This document shows, in pieces, positions 32,359-42,777 of a stretch of DNA of 64,000 nt. The notes below the pieces were generated by a model. It did no database searches and was not told the DNA's origin. It worked only from the letters and a program-made list of their open reading frames with translations. This DNA is from Alphaproteobacteria bacterium (GTDB lineage Bacteria > Pseudomonadota > Alphaproteobacteria > JAWKYA01). The stretch covers positions 20,019 through 84,018 of the forward strand of contig JAWKYA010000004.1 in assembly GCA_041396725.1 (NCBI GenBank), written 5' to 3'. The position numbers and the translations under genes were made by a program. Numbering within the stretch: the first letter of the stretch is position 1; every line of letters starts with the position of its first letter.

Positions 32359-33567
32359 ATGCAAAGAAATGTGTTTAATGGTCCTATCGATAAGCTGCCT
32401 TGTCAGTCATCAGCGTATGACTTTGGCCCCTTTATAGGGATTGGCAAAAACACGTTTCAGCAATTACGTCAGGCTCTGGCACAAACCGCTAAAGCCATGG
32501 TTGCGGCGAAAATTTCCCCAGCGTGTTTGTCAACTATGGTATGGATAATCTCTCCTAAAGCTGCTCAGGAATTGCGGGATCAGCCCCGCCGTACCGACTT
32601 AATCTTTCGTGAGGTTTTTGGCGGGAACTATCCAGCTTTAGATATACGAGAGGAAAATGGGCTAGGCGCGGTTACTCTCTCAGCGACAGCAGCAGTTTCT
32701 TCTATAGATTCTCGCTATGTTTATCGCCAATTTACGAGGTCTGAGCTTGATCGTGCCTATAGCGCACGGGCGGCTGTACCAGAGCATTTGGAAATTCTTT
32801 CTACCTGGCATGAGCGTAGTGAAGTATTTCGGAGCTCAAGGGTGGCAGAGCGGATAACACTTACTTATGGGTCGATCGAGTCACAGAAGATCGATTTGTA
32901 TTTACCAACTAATCGGCAGGCCCTCTCGCAAGATCCGTTACCTATTCATATTTTTTTCCATGGGGGTTACTGGCAAGCTCTATCCAAGGAGGAACACGGT
33001 TTTCTAGCGGATTCTTTTGTGAAAGAAGGTATAGCGTTTATCGCGGTTGATTATTCCCTATGTCCTGCCGTAACTCTAGGTGAGATTTATCGAGAAGTCC
33101 GAACAGCTCTCTTGTTGATAGCTAAGCAAGCCGCTCGCTATGGTTTGCGTACAAGGCGATGGCAAGTAGGAGGACACTCGGCTGGGGCACAGCTTGCAGC
33201 TCTATTGGCAACGGATCAAGAAGTTGGTCCGTTGATATCAAGCCTAGTCTTGCTAAGTGGAATATATGATCTGGAACCTCTGCGTTACACGAATATGAAC
33301 CGCGTTCTTGATCTCGATGAGGTAACTATAGCACGACAAAGCCCGCTTGGTTTACTTCCCGTGCACCCCCTTAATATCGTTATGACCGTGGGGGATAAAG
33401 AGAGTGGGGAATTTCATCGCCAGTCCGCAGATTTTGCTATGGCTTGGCAGAAGCTCAGTTGCAAAATAATGATAATTCCATCCCCTGGATCCGATCATTT
33501 TACGGTTTTAGAGCTTTTATCTGATCCCCAAACGCCTCTGTTTAAGGCGGCTAAATCTCTATTCTAA
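32359..33567 (+). CDS. Alpha/beta-hydrolase of arylformamidase (kynurenine formamidase-like) type with an extra ~110-aa N-terminal RidA/YjgF-like domain
   Basis: C-domain: FFHGGYWQ oxyanion motif, GHSAG nucleophile elbow, SGIYDLEPL, C-terminal DHF histidine. The N-domain ends FREVFGGNYPAL..., resembling the RidA C-terminal helix/strand. Confidence 0.75.
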   Translation: MQRNVFNGPIDKLPCQSSAYDFGPFIGIGKNTFQQLRQALAQTAKAMVAAKISPACLSTMVWIISPKAAQELRDQPRRTDLIFREVFGGNYPALDIREENGLGAVTLSATAAVSSIDSRYVYRQFTRSELDRAYSARAAVPEHLEILSTWHERSEVFRSSRVAERITLTYGSIESQKIDLYLPTNRQALSQDPLPIHIFFHGGYWQALSKEEHGFLADSFVKEGIAFIAVDYSLCPAVTLGEIYREVRTALLLIAKQAARYGLRTRRWQVGGHSAGAQLAALLATDQEVGPLISSLVLLSGIYDLEPLRYTNMNRVLDLDEVTIARQSPLGLLPVHPLNIVMTVGDKESGEFHRQSADFAMAWQKLSCKIMIIPSPGSDHFTVLELLSDPQTPLFKAAKSLF

Positions 33568-33573
33568 AACCCA

Positions 33574-33614
33574 TTTACAATACATATGAATAAGAATATA
33601 ATGAAAATTCATAT
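33574..33614 (+). promoter_or_regulatory. Sigma70-type promoter with overlapping inverted repeat (candidate operator)
   Basis: TTTACA (33574-33579), 17 nt, TATAAT (33597-33602); inverted repeat ATATGAAT (33584-33591) / ATTCATAT (33607-33614). Confidence 0.6.
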
Positions 33615-33629
33615 AATAAAGGTTCAGAA

Positions 33630-34619
33630 GTGTTTGATACTCTTGGATTTCGTTCGGCGCTTAGTCGGTTTGCTACTGGCGTCACGATTATTTCAGTTCA
33701 ACCTGACGATGGGCCACCCCTCGGCTTAACGGTTAATTCCTTTAATTCTGTATCGCTTGATCCTCCGCTCGTCCTGTGGAGTTTAAACAGGCAAGCACAA
33801 AGCCTGCCTATTTTTGGTCAAGCGGGCCATTTTGGCATCAGTGTTCTTGCCGCTGATCAAATAGATTTATCGCGACGCTTTGCATCCTCTCTTGAGAATC
33901 GGTTTGAGAATATTGCAGTTTTTACAGGCACCACAGGGGCTCCCCTTATCCAGGGGAGTATTGCCTGGTTCGACTGTAAGTCCCGTTATTACTACGAAGG
34001 TGGAGATCATTTAATATTCGTAGGTGAAGTTCTTTCTTTTGGTTTTTCGGATCAACCTGCGTTGCTTTACGAAGGTGGAAAATACAAAGTTGCAGAGCTT
34101 CATCCAGATCTCACTCTATCATCATCAATATCAGCATTAGCGGATAAGGTTGGGATAAATAGAGAGGGCGATGTTGCGTACTTTTTGGCAAAAGCTAGCA
34201 AATTAATAGGTTTAGGTTTCCATGAAGAGTTGAAGAAAAGAGGGTTTAGTTTAATTGATGGCCGTATTTTGAGCCATTTATTGCATCATCGCGAAAGTAT
34301 TGTTGGGTATATTGCGAACGCAGCCCTAGCGCCTCAGCCTACGGTCACTAAAGCCATTGATCGCCTTTGTCAGCAGAATCTTGTGCAACGCCAGTCACAT
34401 ACAAAAGATCGCCGTAAAGCGACAGTTACCCTGACGGAAAAGGGTAGGGATCTTGCTCGGTTTATTGTCGAAAAATCAATTCAGTATGAAAAAGCACAGC
34501 TCGCAGCATGCAGCGCGACTGATGTTGCAAATTTACTCTCCTCAGCCTTGGACAATATCATCAGGAAATGCGATCCGATGACCGATGATGTACCAGAGCC
34601 GATGCTGGAAACAGCTTAA
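33630..34619 (+). CDS. Flavin reductase (HpaC-like) fused to a C-terminal MarR winged-helix domain
   Basis: N: FRSALSRFATGVTII, GLTVNSFNSVSLDPPLVLWSL, GGDHLIFVGEV. C: QPTVTKAIDRL..QNLVQR...DRRKATVTLTEKG. Confidence 0.9.
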   Translation: MFDTLGFRSALSRFATGVTIISVQPDDGPPLGLTVNSFNSVSLDPPLVLWSLNRQAQSLPIFGQAGHFGISVLAADQIDLSRRFASSLENRFENIAVFTGTTGAPLIQGSIAWFDCKSRYYYEGGDHLIFVGEVLSFGFSDQPALLYEGGKYKVAELHPDLTLSSSISALADKVGINREGDVAYFLAKASKLIGLGFHEELKKRGFSLIDGRILSHLLHHRESIVGYIANAALAPQPTVTKAIDRLCQQNLVQRQSHTKDRRKATVTLTEKGRDLARFIVEKSIQYEKAQLAACSATDVANLLSSALDNIIRKCDPMTDDVPEPMLETA

Positions 34620-37270
34620 GAGGCTTTTCCAAAATTGTTGATGGAGTGTACCCTAAGTTAGGGGCGTTAGCTCTACTTCGCGCAATTGGCATATTCTTGC
34701 GACGCGCATAATCTTCAACTTGATCACGTTCAATTTTGCCAATACCGAAGTAAGTTGATGCAGGGTGACTAAAATAAAAACCACTAACAGCCGCAGTGGG
34801 GAGCATAGCGTAGCTATCTGTTAAGGTGATCCCAGCGTGGGTTTCTGCTTTAAGCAAGGTAAATAAACTCTGCTTGTGGTATGATCAGGGCACGCAGGAT
34901 AGCCAGGTGTGGCGGATGCCGCGATAAGCTTCTGTGATAAGCTCATCATTGCTGATTTTCAGTGGGGGCGTATCCCCAAAATTCCTTACGTACCCAAGTT
35001 CATGCAGTCGCTCAGCAAAAGCCTCAGCGAATGATCAGCCAATGCCTTTAGGAGGATGGCTGAGTAATCGTCGTGATTGCGCTCAATTCATCAACATACC
35101 GATCGATGCCTCCGCCTGCTGTCACGGCAAATCCACCGAGGTAATCAGTTCGAGAGGAGGAGATAGGTGCAAGAAAATTCACAAGAGAATAATTGGGGCG
35201 GACGCTATCTTGCCGGTCCATTTGCTGCCGCAGCATAGGATCCGTGCGAGCGGAGCTGACTGTGCTTCATCTTTCCAGAGAACGATGTCGTCATTATCGG
35301 CATTAGCAGGCCAGAATCCTATGACTGCGCGCGCTTGTAGCCATTTTTCAGAGATTATTTTTTTCAACATTTTTTGCGCATCTTCGTAAAGAGGGCGCGC
35401 TGCTGGACCAACAATGGGATCATCGAGGATATCAGGGAAGCGCCCAGATAATTCCCAAGCAGCGAAGAAAGGCTTCCAGTCGATCCGCTGGGCAAGCTCA
35501 GCTAGATCGTAATCAGAAAAAGATTTAAGGCCAAGAAGCTGTGGGCGAGGAGGATGGTAATCAGTCCAGTTGGTGGGTGCAGGATTATGCGCGCCGCAGC
35601 AAGCGGCAATCGTTTTTTACCCTCCCGCTGATGCGCATAGGACCTGCGCAACCGCTGATAATCTTGCCGTATTTCTTTCGGTAAAATTAGAGATGTTCCC
35701 AATGATTTAATAGATTGCCTACAGACACCGACGGCGCGACTTGCATCAGGGACATAGACAACAGGTCCAGAGTAGTTTGGCGCAATTTTAACGGCAGTAT
35801 GAACCTTTGTTGGTTGTGGCGCTGCCAATCAAAAGCGGAATCGGAGAAATTCCTGCGCTGCATTTCCTGGGCAACATAAGACATTTCCTCAAGACTTGGC
35901 GTAATCAAAACCTGATAAGCCGATGATATCGACTTTTTCAGTCTTGGCAGTTTTAAGATTTTAGCACAAGGTGTCATAACCCCAAGATCAATAACTTCAA
36001 AATTATTGCATTGCAAAACGACCCCCACGATATTTTTACCAATATCATGGACATCACCTTTGACGGTCGCCATTAAAACCTTACCTGCGGATTGAGAATT
36101 ACCACCGCTTTTTTCCGCTTCGATATAAGGCAGAAGATAAGCAACAGCCTTTTTCATAACTCGAGCACTTTTAACGACTTGCGGTAAGAACATCTTACCT
36201 GCACCAAATAGATCACCGACAACGTTCATGCCGTCCATAAGTGGCCCTTCAATGACGGCTAAGGGTCGTGGAGCAATTTGCCGTGCTTCTTCGACGTCTT
36301 TTTCGATGAAATCATCGATCCCATTAACGAGCGCATGAGTAAGGCGGTTATTAACATCCTTTTGTCGCCATGATAGATCGACTTCTATTTTTTTGGTCTC
36401 GCCAGTATATCGGCCAGCAATAGCTAATAGCCGATCAGTCGCATCGGCGCGTCTATTTAATAAAACATCCTCAACGTGCTCACGCAATTCGATGGGGATT
36501 TCTTCGTAAACAGTAATTTGCCCTGCATTAACGATACCCATATCCATGCCAGCACGAATGGCATGATAAAGGAAGCAACTATGCATGGCTTCACGGACAG
36601 GGTTGTTACCGCGAAAAGCAAAAGAAACGTTAGAGACACCCCCAGAAATGTGAACATGCGGGAGAGTTTCTTTGATACGTCGTGTCGCTTCGATGAAGGC
36701 CAACGCATAATCGGCATGCTCTTCAATACCAGTACCGACAGCAAAAATGTTGGGGTCAAAAATGATATCCTCTGGCGGGAAGTGTAATTTATCAAGCAAT
36801 AGGCGGTATGCGCGAGTACAGATATCAACTTTTCGATCGGCAGTATCTGCCTGGCCGCGCTCATCAAATGCCATGACAACAACCGCAGCCCCATAGCGGC
36901 GGACCGCCTTTGCTTGCTTTAAAAAAGTATCCTCACCTTCTTTTAGGCTGATCGAGTTAACAACGGACTTACCTTGTACACACTTAAGGCCAGCCTCAAT
37001 AACCGACCATTTTGAAGAGTCGATCATAATTGGGACCTTAGCGATATCGGGTTCGCCAGCGATTAAATTCAGGAAGCGAGTCATTGCTGCTTCTGAATCG
37101 ATCATCGCTTCATCCATGTTAACATCGATGATCTGCGCACCATTATCCACCTGTTCGCGAGCAATAGCGAGGGCAGCTTCAAAGTCGTCTGCTAAAATCA
37201 GCTTTTTAAACTTCGCTGACCCAGTAACGTTTGTGCGTTCACCAATATTAACGAAACGCCCACCGGTCAT
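34616..37270 (-). CDS. metH: B12-dependent methionine synthase, C-terminal subunit (pterin-, cobalamin-binding and reactivation domains); several frameshifts between about 34640 and 35850
   Basis: [62 protein letters not shown] (B12 His), later [13 protein letters not shown] and PNLGY. The stop is inferred as TAA 34616-34618, overlapping the convergent gene's stop. Confidence 0.9.
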
Positions 37271-38322
37271 GCAGATAACTCAAAAGGCTCAAGACCCGAA
37301 AGACGCATCGCAGGAATGTGTTTCGGAATAATACGTGGCTTTATACCAGAGGTCTTTTTGGAAAAAGCTCGGATGTGGTCCGGGGTTGTGCCACAGCAAC
37401 CTCCAACAATATTCACAAGTCCAGCCTTGGCCCATTCGCCGATATGAGTAGCCATATCTTCGGGCGTCTCGTCATACCCACCAAAGGCATTCGGGAGGCC
37501 TGCATTGGGGTAAACTGAAAGACATGTATCGGCAACGCGTGATAATTCAGCAACGAAAGGGCGCATTTGCTTTGCGCCAAGGGCGCAATTTAACCCAACA
37601 GCAAAAGGTCGAGCATGGCTAACAGAATTCCAAAAAGCTTCAGGGGTTTGGCCAGAGAGAGTTCTACCTGAAAGATCAGTGATTGTGCCCGATATCATAA
37701 TAGGAAGCTGTTTCCCTGTTTCCTCAAAAACTTCATCAATAGCAAAAAGAGCCGCCTTGGCATTAAGGGTATCGAAGATAGTTTCAACTAAAAGAATATC
37801 GACGCCGCCCGCTATTAGGCCGCGAGTTGCCTCAGCATAAGCGACACGTAACTCATCAAAGGTCACATTGCGTAAGGCAGCGTTGATAACATCGGGTGAA
37901 ATAGATGCGGTGCGGTTTGTTGGGCCAATCGCCCCAGCTACAAACCGTAGATGATCAGGGCTTTTTTCTTCAATGGCTGCCACAGCCTTTGCAGCTAGCT
38001 TTGCGCCTTCATAATTAAGCTCGTAGGCTATTGTGGACAGATCGTAATCTGCTTGTGAAATAGTGGTTGAGTTGAAGGTATTGGTTTCGATGATATCGGC
38101 TCCGGCAGTAAGGTACTCGCGATGAATATCTTCGATGATATCGGGCTGAGTTAAAGTCAGTAGATCATTATTTCCTTTAAGATCGCGAGTATGGTTTTTA
38201 AACCGCGCGCCGCGAAAATCTTCCTCGGTCAACTTGTGCCGTTGGATCATTGTCCCCATAGCGCCATCGAGGAGTAAGATCCGTTCTCTGATGGTACGGT
38301 TTAATATCTGTGTTTTATTCAT
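37267..38322 (-). CDS. metH: Methionine synthase N-terminal homocysteine-binding subunit (separate ORF)
   Basis: [47 protein letters not shown] 38322 overlaps the metF stop (TAATG); its TGA overlaps the next ATG (ATGA). Confidence 0.9.
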   Translation of the reverse strand: MNKTQILNRTIRERILLLDGAMGTMIQRHKLTEEDFRGARFKNHTRDLKGNNDLLTLTQPDIIEDIHREYLTAGADIIETNTFNSTTISQADYDLSTIAYELNYEGAKLAAKAVAAIEEKSPDHLRFVAGAIGPTNRTASISPDVINAALRNVTFDELRVAYAEATRGLIAGGVDILLVETIFDTLNAKAALFAIDEVFEETGKQLPIMISGTITDLSGRTLSGQTPEAFWNSVSHARPFAVGLNCALGAKQMRPFVAELSRVADTCLSVYPNAGLPNAFGGYDETPEDMATHIGEWAKAGLVNIVGGCCGTTPDHIRAFSKKTSGIKPRIIPKHIPAMRLSGLEPFELSA

Positions 38323-39185
38323 TAAGCAGCCTCTGCAGAGACAGGTTGAACGCCGAGCCGACGGCATATAGCATAGGTAAGGGCAGGGCGATTCAGGGTG
38401 TAGAAATGAAAATCTTCAACTCCTTCGCGTGCAAGTTTTTGGCATAGTTCCGTTGCGATAGATGCAGCGACCAAAGCGCGTGTCTCATGATCGTCTTCTA
38501 ATCCATGAAATAAGTCAGCCATCCAGTTCGGAACCGTAGTGCCGCAGCGGGCAGCAAACTGAACGATCTTAGCGAAGTTTGTTACGGGTAAAATACCTGG
38601 GATAATCGGAGCCGAGATACCTGCAGCCGTGCAGGTATCTCGGAATCTCAGAAAGGTATCTGCTTCGAAAAAGAACTGGGTGATGCCGCGGCGAGCTCCG
38701 TTATCGAACTTATGCTTTAAATTATCAATATCGGCAGTGATGGTGGGAGAATCAGGATGCTTCTCCGGATAAGCAGCGACGGAAATATCAAAGTTCGCAA
38801 TTTTACTAAGACCTCTCACAAGTGCCGCAGCATTGATATAGCCTTCAGGGTGGGGGGTATATTTCAACTCGCCCGCAGGCGGATCCCCGCGCAAAGCGAC
38901 GATACTGGTGATACCAGCATTCCACCATTCTTGTGCCAGATGATCGATATCGAGGCATGAGGCGCCAACACAGGTTAAATGGGCTGCAGGCGTTAGCGGG
39001 GTTTCCGATTTTATTCGGCGAACAATGCGATCGGTACGTTCGCGCGTGGAACCGCCGGCACCATAAGTGACAGAAACAAACTGTGGGCGTAAGGATTCGA
39101 GCTTGCGGATTGTCTCCCAAAGCTTAGCGGCTTCAGCCTCGCTGTGGGGTGGGAAAAACTCGAAGCTAACGCGGGGAGCGGTCAC
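38322..39185 (-). CDS. metF: 5,10-methylenetetrahydrofolate reductase
   Basis: [47 protein letters not shown]. Confidence 0.97.
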   Translation of the reverse strand: MTAPRVSFEFFPPHSEAEAAKLWETIRKLESLRPQFVSVTYGAGGSTRERTDRIVRRIKSETPLTPAAHLTCVGASCLDIDHLAQEWWNAGITSIVALRGDPPAGELKYTPHPEGYINAAALVRGLSKIANFDISVAAYPEKHPDSPTITADIDNLKHKFDNGARRGITQFFFEADTFLRFRDTCTAAGISAPIIPGILPVTNFAKIVQFAARCGTTVPNWMADLFHGLEDDHETRALVAASIATELCQKLAREGVEDFHFYTLNRPALTYAICRRLGVQPVSAEAA

Positions 39186-39190
39186 GAGAG

Positions 39191-40165
39191 CTACCCTTTC
39201 ACTTTTTGTGATAAAGGAGAGGCATTGTGGCGATCATTTGCAGCCATGCGCCCCGACCAGAGACATACAGAGAGAGGTCGCCCTGGGAGAGGGGTTGATT
39301 TTGCTGGGACAAGGCCACTGGCTTTGAGCCATTGAGTCATATCATTATCATCAAACCCTAACCATTGATGCGCATGATTGTCACGAAGTGACGCCGTATC
39401 ATGTGGGAGAAAATCAACCACGATTAATCGCCCACCTGGCCGTAGGATGCGTGCAGCTTCAGCGATAGCCGCACCAGGATCATCAGCAAAATGCAGAACC
39501 ATATGAAAGGTAATAGCATCGAATTTATTTTCAGAGAAAGGCAAGTGATACATATCGGCTTGACGGACTTCGCAATTGTTTAAGCCCTCACGTTCAATCA
39601 TAGCGCGTGCATAGGCGAGCATCTCGACGGAGGTATCAATTCCAATAGCGGAGTCAATATGGCGACTTATAAGCTCTAGGACACGGCCCGTACCGGTGCC
39701 AACATCAAGTAACATCTGGACGGGCCGGGCTAAGATTAGATTTTTTAGAGCTATATCGATTTGTTCATCGTCGATATGAAGCCCCCGAATCTTACTCCAG
39801 TCATCGGCATTGTTACGGAAGTACTCTGCCGCGGCTTCTGCCCGTACTGCTTTGACAGTCTCCATTCGCTCAAGGTCGCGCGAGAGTGCAGCATCATCAG
39901 GTGGGATGAGATCAACTAATGTACGAGCAAGATCTGCGCTATCCCCACCTTTACTGAGGCGATATAATGCCCAATTGCCTTCACGATGCCGCTCAAGTAA
40001 GCCGGCTTCGACCAGCAATTTTAGATGACGGGAAACGCGCGGCTGACTTTGGCGTAAAATTTGGACAAGGTGAGTAACGCTCAGCTCACCATGGGCGCAC
40101 AAAGCAAGGATTCGAAGCCGGGTCGGTTCAGCGGCAGCACGCATTCCTTGAAGTAGAGCATCCAT
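39191..40165 (-). CDS. sahR: ArsR-family regulator fused to a SAM-dependent methyltransferase domain (SahR type)
   Basis: From ATG 40165: AAAEPTRLRIL, QSQPRVSRHLKLLVEAGL (ArsR HTH), LLDVGTGTG (SAM motif), MVLHF; heads metF-metH. Confidence 0.85.
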   Translation of the reverse strand: MDALLQGMRAAAEPTRLRILALCAHGELSVTHLVQILRQSQPRVSRHLKLLVEAGLLERHREGNWALYRLSKGGDSADLARTLVDLIPPDDAALSRDLERMETVKAVRAEAAAEYFRNNADDWSKIRGLHIDDEQIDIALKNLILARPVQMLLDVGTGTGRVLELISRHIDSAIGIDTSVEMLAYARAMIEREGLNNCEVRQADMYHLPFSENKFDAITFHMVLHFADDPGAAIAEAARILRPGGRLIVVDFLPHDTASLRDNHAHQWLGFDDNDMTQWLKASGLVPAKSTPLPGRPLSVCLWSGRMAANDRHNASPLSQKVKG

Positions 40166-40194
40166 AGGTTTTTCCAAGTAAAAATAATACAAGG

Positions 40195-40214
40195 ATATAA
40201 ACATATCTTTATTT
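40195..40214. promoter_or_regulatory. Candidate SahR autoregulatory operator
   Basis: ATATAAAC-ATAT-CTTTATTT, an imperfect 20-bp palindrome 30 nt upstream of the sahR ATG. It resembles the ATATAAAG-N4-CTTTATAT-type motif as I recall it for alphaproteobacterial SahR. Confidence 0.55.
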
Positions 40215-40343
40215 ATGAATTTAGCAAAGCTAAAAAGCAAAAAAGCGAATACCCAAGGTTTTGAGCTAAGTTGACAGTCTTCAAGGGCAATGCTTGAGTG
40301 CATTTTATCGAAACGTAACAACATCGTATTAAGGGAGGACAGA

Positions 40344-41393
40344 ATGGGGCAATTAAAGAGCCCGCTTTTAGGGCTCGCCGTTGCTGCGGGCATAAGCTTC
40401 ATAGCTATGGTTGGTAGCGCGTTAGCCCAAGACAAGGTTGGCGTCAGCTGGGATAAGTTCCAAGAAGAACGATGGAAGATTGACGAAAAAGCTATCAAAG
40501 AAGGTCTAGCAAAAGCAGGTCTCCAGTATGTCAGTACTGACGCTCAAGGCAGTGCTGAAAAGCAAATCAGCGACATCGACAACTTACTGAACCAAGGTGT
40601 TAAGGTTCTGATTGTTCTTGCTCGCGATAAAGATGCTATTATTCCGGCTGTGAAAAAGGCGGAAGCTGCAAAGGTGCCTGTTATTGCCTATGACCGTCTC
40701 ATCGAAGAACCGGGCGTATTCTACTTATCCTTCGATAACGTCGAGGTTGGTCGTATGCAGGCCCGCGAAGTTTTAAAGCTAAAGCCTAAGGGTAATTATG
40801 TGTACATCAAGGGTGGTCCGACCGACCCCAATGCTAATCTCGTATGGTCCGGCCAACAGGAAGTCTTGAAAGATTCGATTGCCAAGGGTGATATCAAGAT
40901 TGTTGGTGATCAATACACAGATGACTGGAAACCGGAAATCGCTCTGAAGAACATGGAGCAAATCTTGTCGTCGACCCAAAACAAGGTCGATGCCGTTGTC
41001 GTCTCCAATGATGGCATGGCAGGTGGTGTTGTGCAGGCCCTGAAAGCTCAAGGCTTAGCAGGCATCCCTGTTTCTGGGCAAGATGGCGATCAAGCGGCGC
41101 TTAACCGTGTCGCTCGAGGTGAGCAAACAGTAAGCGTGTGGAAAAACTCTCTTGATCTCGGTAAGGCTGCAGCGGAAATTGCTGCTCAGCTCGTAAAAGG
41201 CAAGAAACCCTCGGAAGTTATGGGCGCAACAAAGTTCAGTGGTGGTCCTAAGAAGGTTACCGTCGATGCCATCTTACTGAAGCCAGTCCCGATCACACGC
41301 GATAACCTTAATTTGGTTATTGAAGCGGGTTGGTCCACCAAGGAAAATATCTGCCGCGGTGTCACGCAAAACCCACCTAAGGTATGCATGTAA
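40344..41393 (+). CDS. xylF: D-xylose ABC transporter substrate-binding protein
   Basis: GVSWDKFQEERWKID, VIAYDRLI, SFDNVEVGRMQA, KGGPTDPNA, VSGQDGDQAALNRV, QTVSVWK; GGGAGG RBS. Confidence 0.9.
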   Translation: MGQLKSPLLGLAVAAGISFIAMVGSALAQDKVGVSWDKFQEERWKIDEKAIKEGLAKAGLQYVSTDAQGSAEKQISDIDNLLNQGVKVLIVLARDKDAIIPAVKKAEAAKVPVIAYDRLIEEPGVFYLSFDNVEVGRMQAREVLKLKPKGNYVYIKGGPTDPNANLVWSGQQEVLKDSIAKGDIKIVGDQYTDDWKPEIALKNMEQILSSTQNKVDAVVVSNDGMAGGVVQALKAQGLAGIPVSGQDGDQAALNRVARGEQTVSVWKNSLDLGKAAAEIAAQLVKGKKPSEVMGATKFSGGPKKVTVDAILLKPVPITRDNLNLVIEAGWSTKENICRGVTQNPPKVCM

Positions 41394-41432
41394 CCTTTTC
41401 TGGATGAAAGTCTGAAGGTTATTAAGAATACC

Positions 41433-41462
41433 AACCGGGCGGCTCGCAAGGGTCGCCCGGTT
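41433..41462 (+). other. GC-rich 13-bp stem with GCAA tetraloop between xylF and the permease
   Basis: AACCGGGCGGCTC-GCAA-GGGTCGCCCGGTT (two G-U pairs); no U-tract follows. Confidence 0.7.
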
Positions 41463-41528
41463 ACTACATCCGGACCGATAACCGGAGATCGTAAAAATAA
41501 GAGGTTATAGACCTCAGAGGGAACGACC

Positions 41529-42767
41529 ATGACCGTAAGCATACCGGAAAATATCGCTTCGACCCCTTTATCCTTTTTTCAGAGACTGACGCTAGCGACA
41601 GGCGTTGATACGCGTATGATGTCGATGGTGGCTGCACTTGTTCTTATATGGGGCTGTTTTTGGGTGATTGAGCCTAATTTCCTGACAGCGCGTAATTTCT
41701 GGAATCTCGCTGTTCAGAGTAGTGTCGTTGCAATTATGGCGACAGGTATGGTCTTGGTCATCGTTATTCGTCACATCGATTTGTCGGTTGGGTCCATTTT
41801 GGGCTTAGTGAGTATGATGGCGGCGGTGCTTCAAGTGCAAATCTTTACGGCTGGAGCGGCTTGGAGTACGCCAGTAACGATCATATGCTGCCTATTCTTG
41901 GGAACCTTGCTGGGCGCGTGGCAAGGTTTATGGGTAGCTTATTTAGGTGTCCCCTCATTCGTCGTTACCTTAGGGGGGTTGTTAGTTTTTCGAGGGTTGG
42001 CATGGCAAGCAACTAAAGGCCAAACCATCGCACCTATGGAAGATAGTTTTCAAAAACTCATCGGCGGCGGTATTGATGGCGGAATTGGCGCTGGCCCCAG
42101 CTGGGTTGTCGGTGTTTTAGCTATGGTTTTGGTCGTAGTTTTTACGATTATTGCCCGCAAAAGGCGGCGACGCTTTGGTTTCCCGATTAAACCTATGGCT
42201 GGGGAAATTTTTATGCTGGTGTTGCGCCTGACGATGATCGCAGGATTTGTCTATTTAATGAACTCTTATCCTCGGCCAGGATCGGATGTCGGGCAAGGAA
42301 TACCAAAGCCTGCAATTATCTTAATTACGGTCGTTATTATTATGGAGTTCATCGCTCGGATGACACGGTTTGGCCGATATGTTTTTGCAATTGGCGGTAA
42401 TCCTGAAGCGGCGCTATTGGCTGGTATTAATACCCGCAGGGTAACGGTTTATGTTTTTAGCCTTATGGGATTCTTAGCAGGTTTGGCAGGGTTGATCACA
42501 ACTGCGCGACTGAATGCGGGCGCTAATTCTGCAGGAGAATTGGCCGAGCTTAGTGTTATCGCGGCAGCGGTTATTGGTGGAACCTCTCTGGCTGGCGGAA
42601 TAGGAACGATTACAGGCGCAATCATCGGCGCTATTCTGATGGAGAGTTTGCGCAACGGTATGTTGTTGATCGGCTTACCAAGTCCTTTACAAAATGTCAT
42701 CATCGGGTTTGTTTTGATGTTTGCTGTCTGGGCTGATGTTGTCTATCAGCGCCGCCGCGCAGCGTAA
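41529..42767 (+). CDS. xylH: Xylose ABC permease
   Basis: [48 protein letters not shown]. Confidence 0.9.
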   Translation: MTVSIPENIASTPLSFFQRLTLATGVDTRMMSMVAALVLIWGCFWVIEPNFLTARNFWNLAVQSSVVAIMATGMVLVIVIRHIDLSVGSILGLVSMMAAVLQVQIFTAGAAWSTPVTIICCLFLGTLLGAWQGLWVAYLGVPSFVVTLGGLLVFRGLAWQATKGQTIAPMEDSFQKLIGGGIDGGIGAGPSWVVGVLAMVLVVVFTIIARKRRRRFGFPIKPMAGEIFMLVLRLTMIAGFVYLMNSYPRPGSDVGQGIPKPAIILITVVIIMEFIARMTRFGRYVFAIGGNPEAALLAGINTRRVTVYVFSLMGFLAGLAGLITTARLNAGANSAGELAELSVIAAAVIGGTSLAGGIGTITGAIIGAILMESLRNGMLLIGLPSPLQNVIIGFVLMFAVWADVVYQRRRAA

Positions 42768-42777
42768 GGAGAGGGTT

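Noticed and set aside
40166-40498. N-terminal extension of the 435-aa ORF 39191..40498, overlapping xylF on the opposite strand
   Set aside because: The ArsR homology starts at ATG 40165. The extension is antisense to xylF and covers the promoter region, so it is an ORF-caller artefact.
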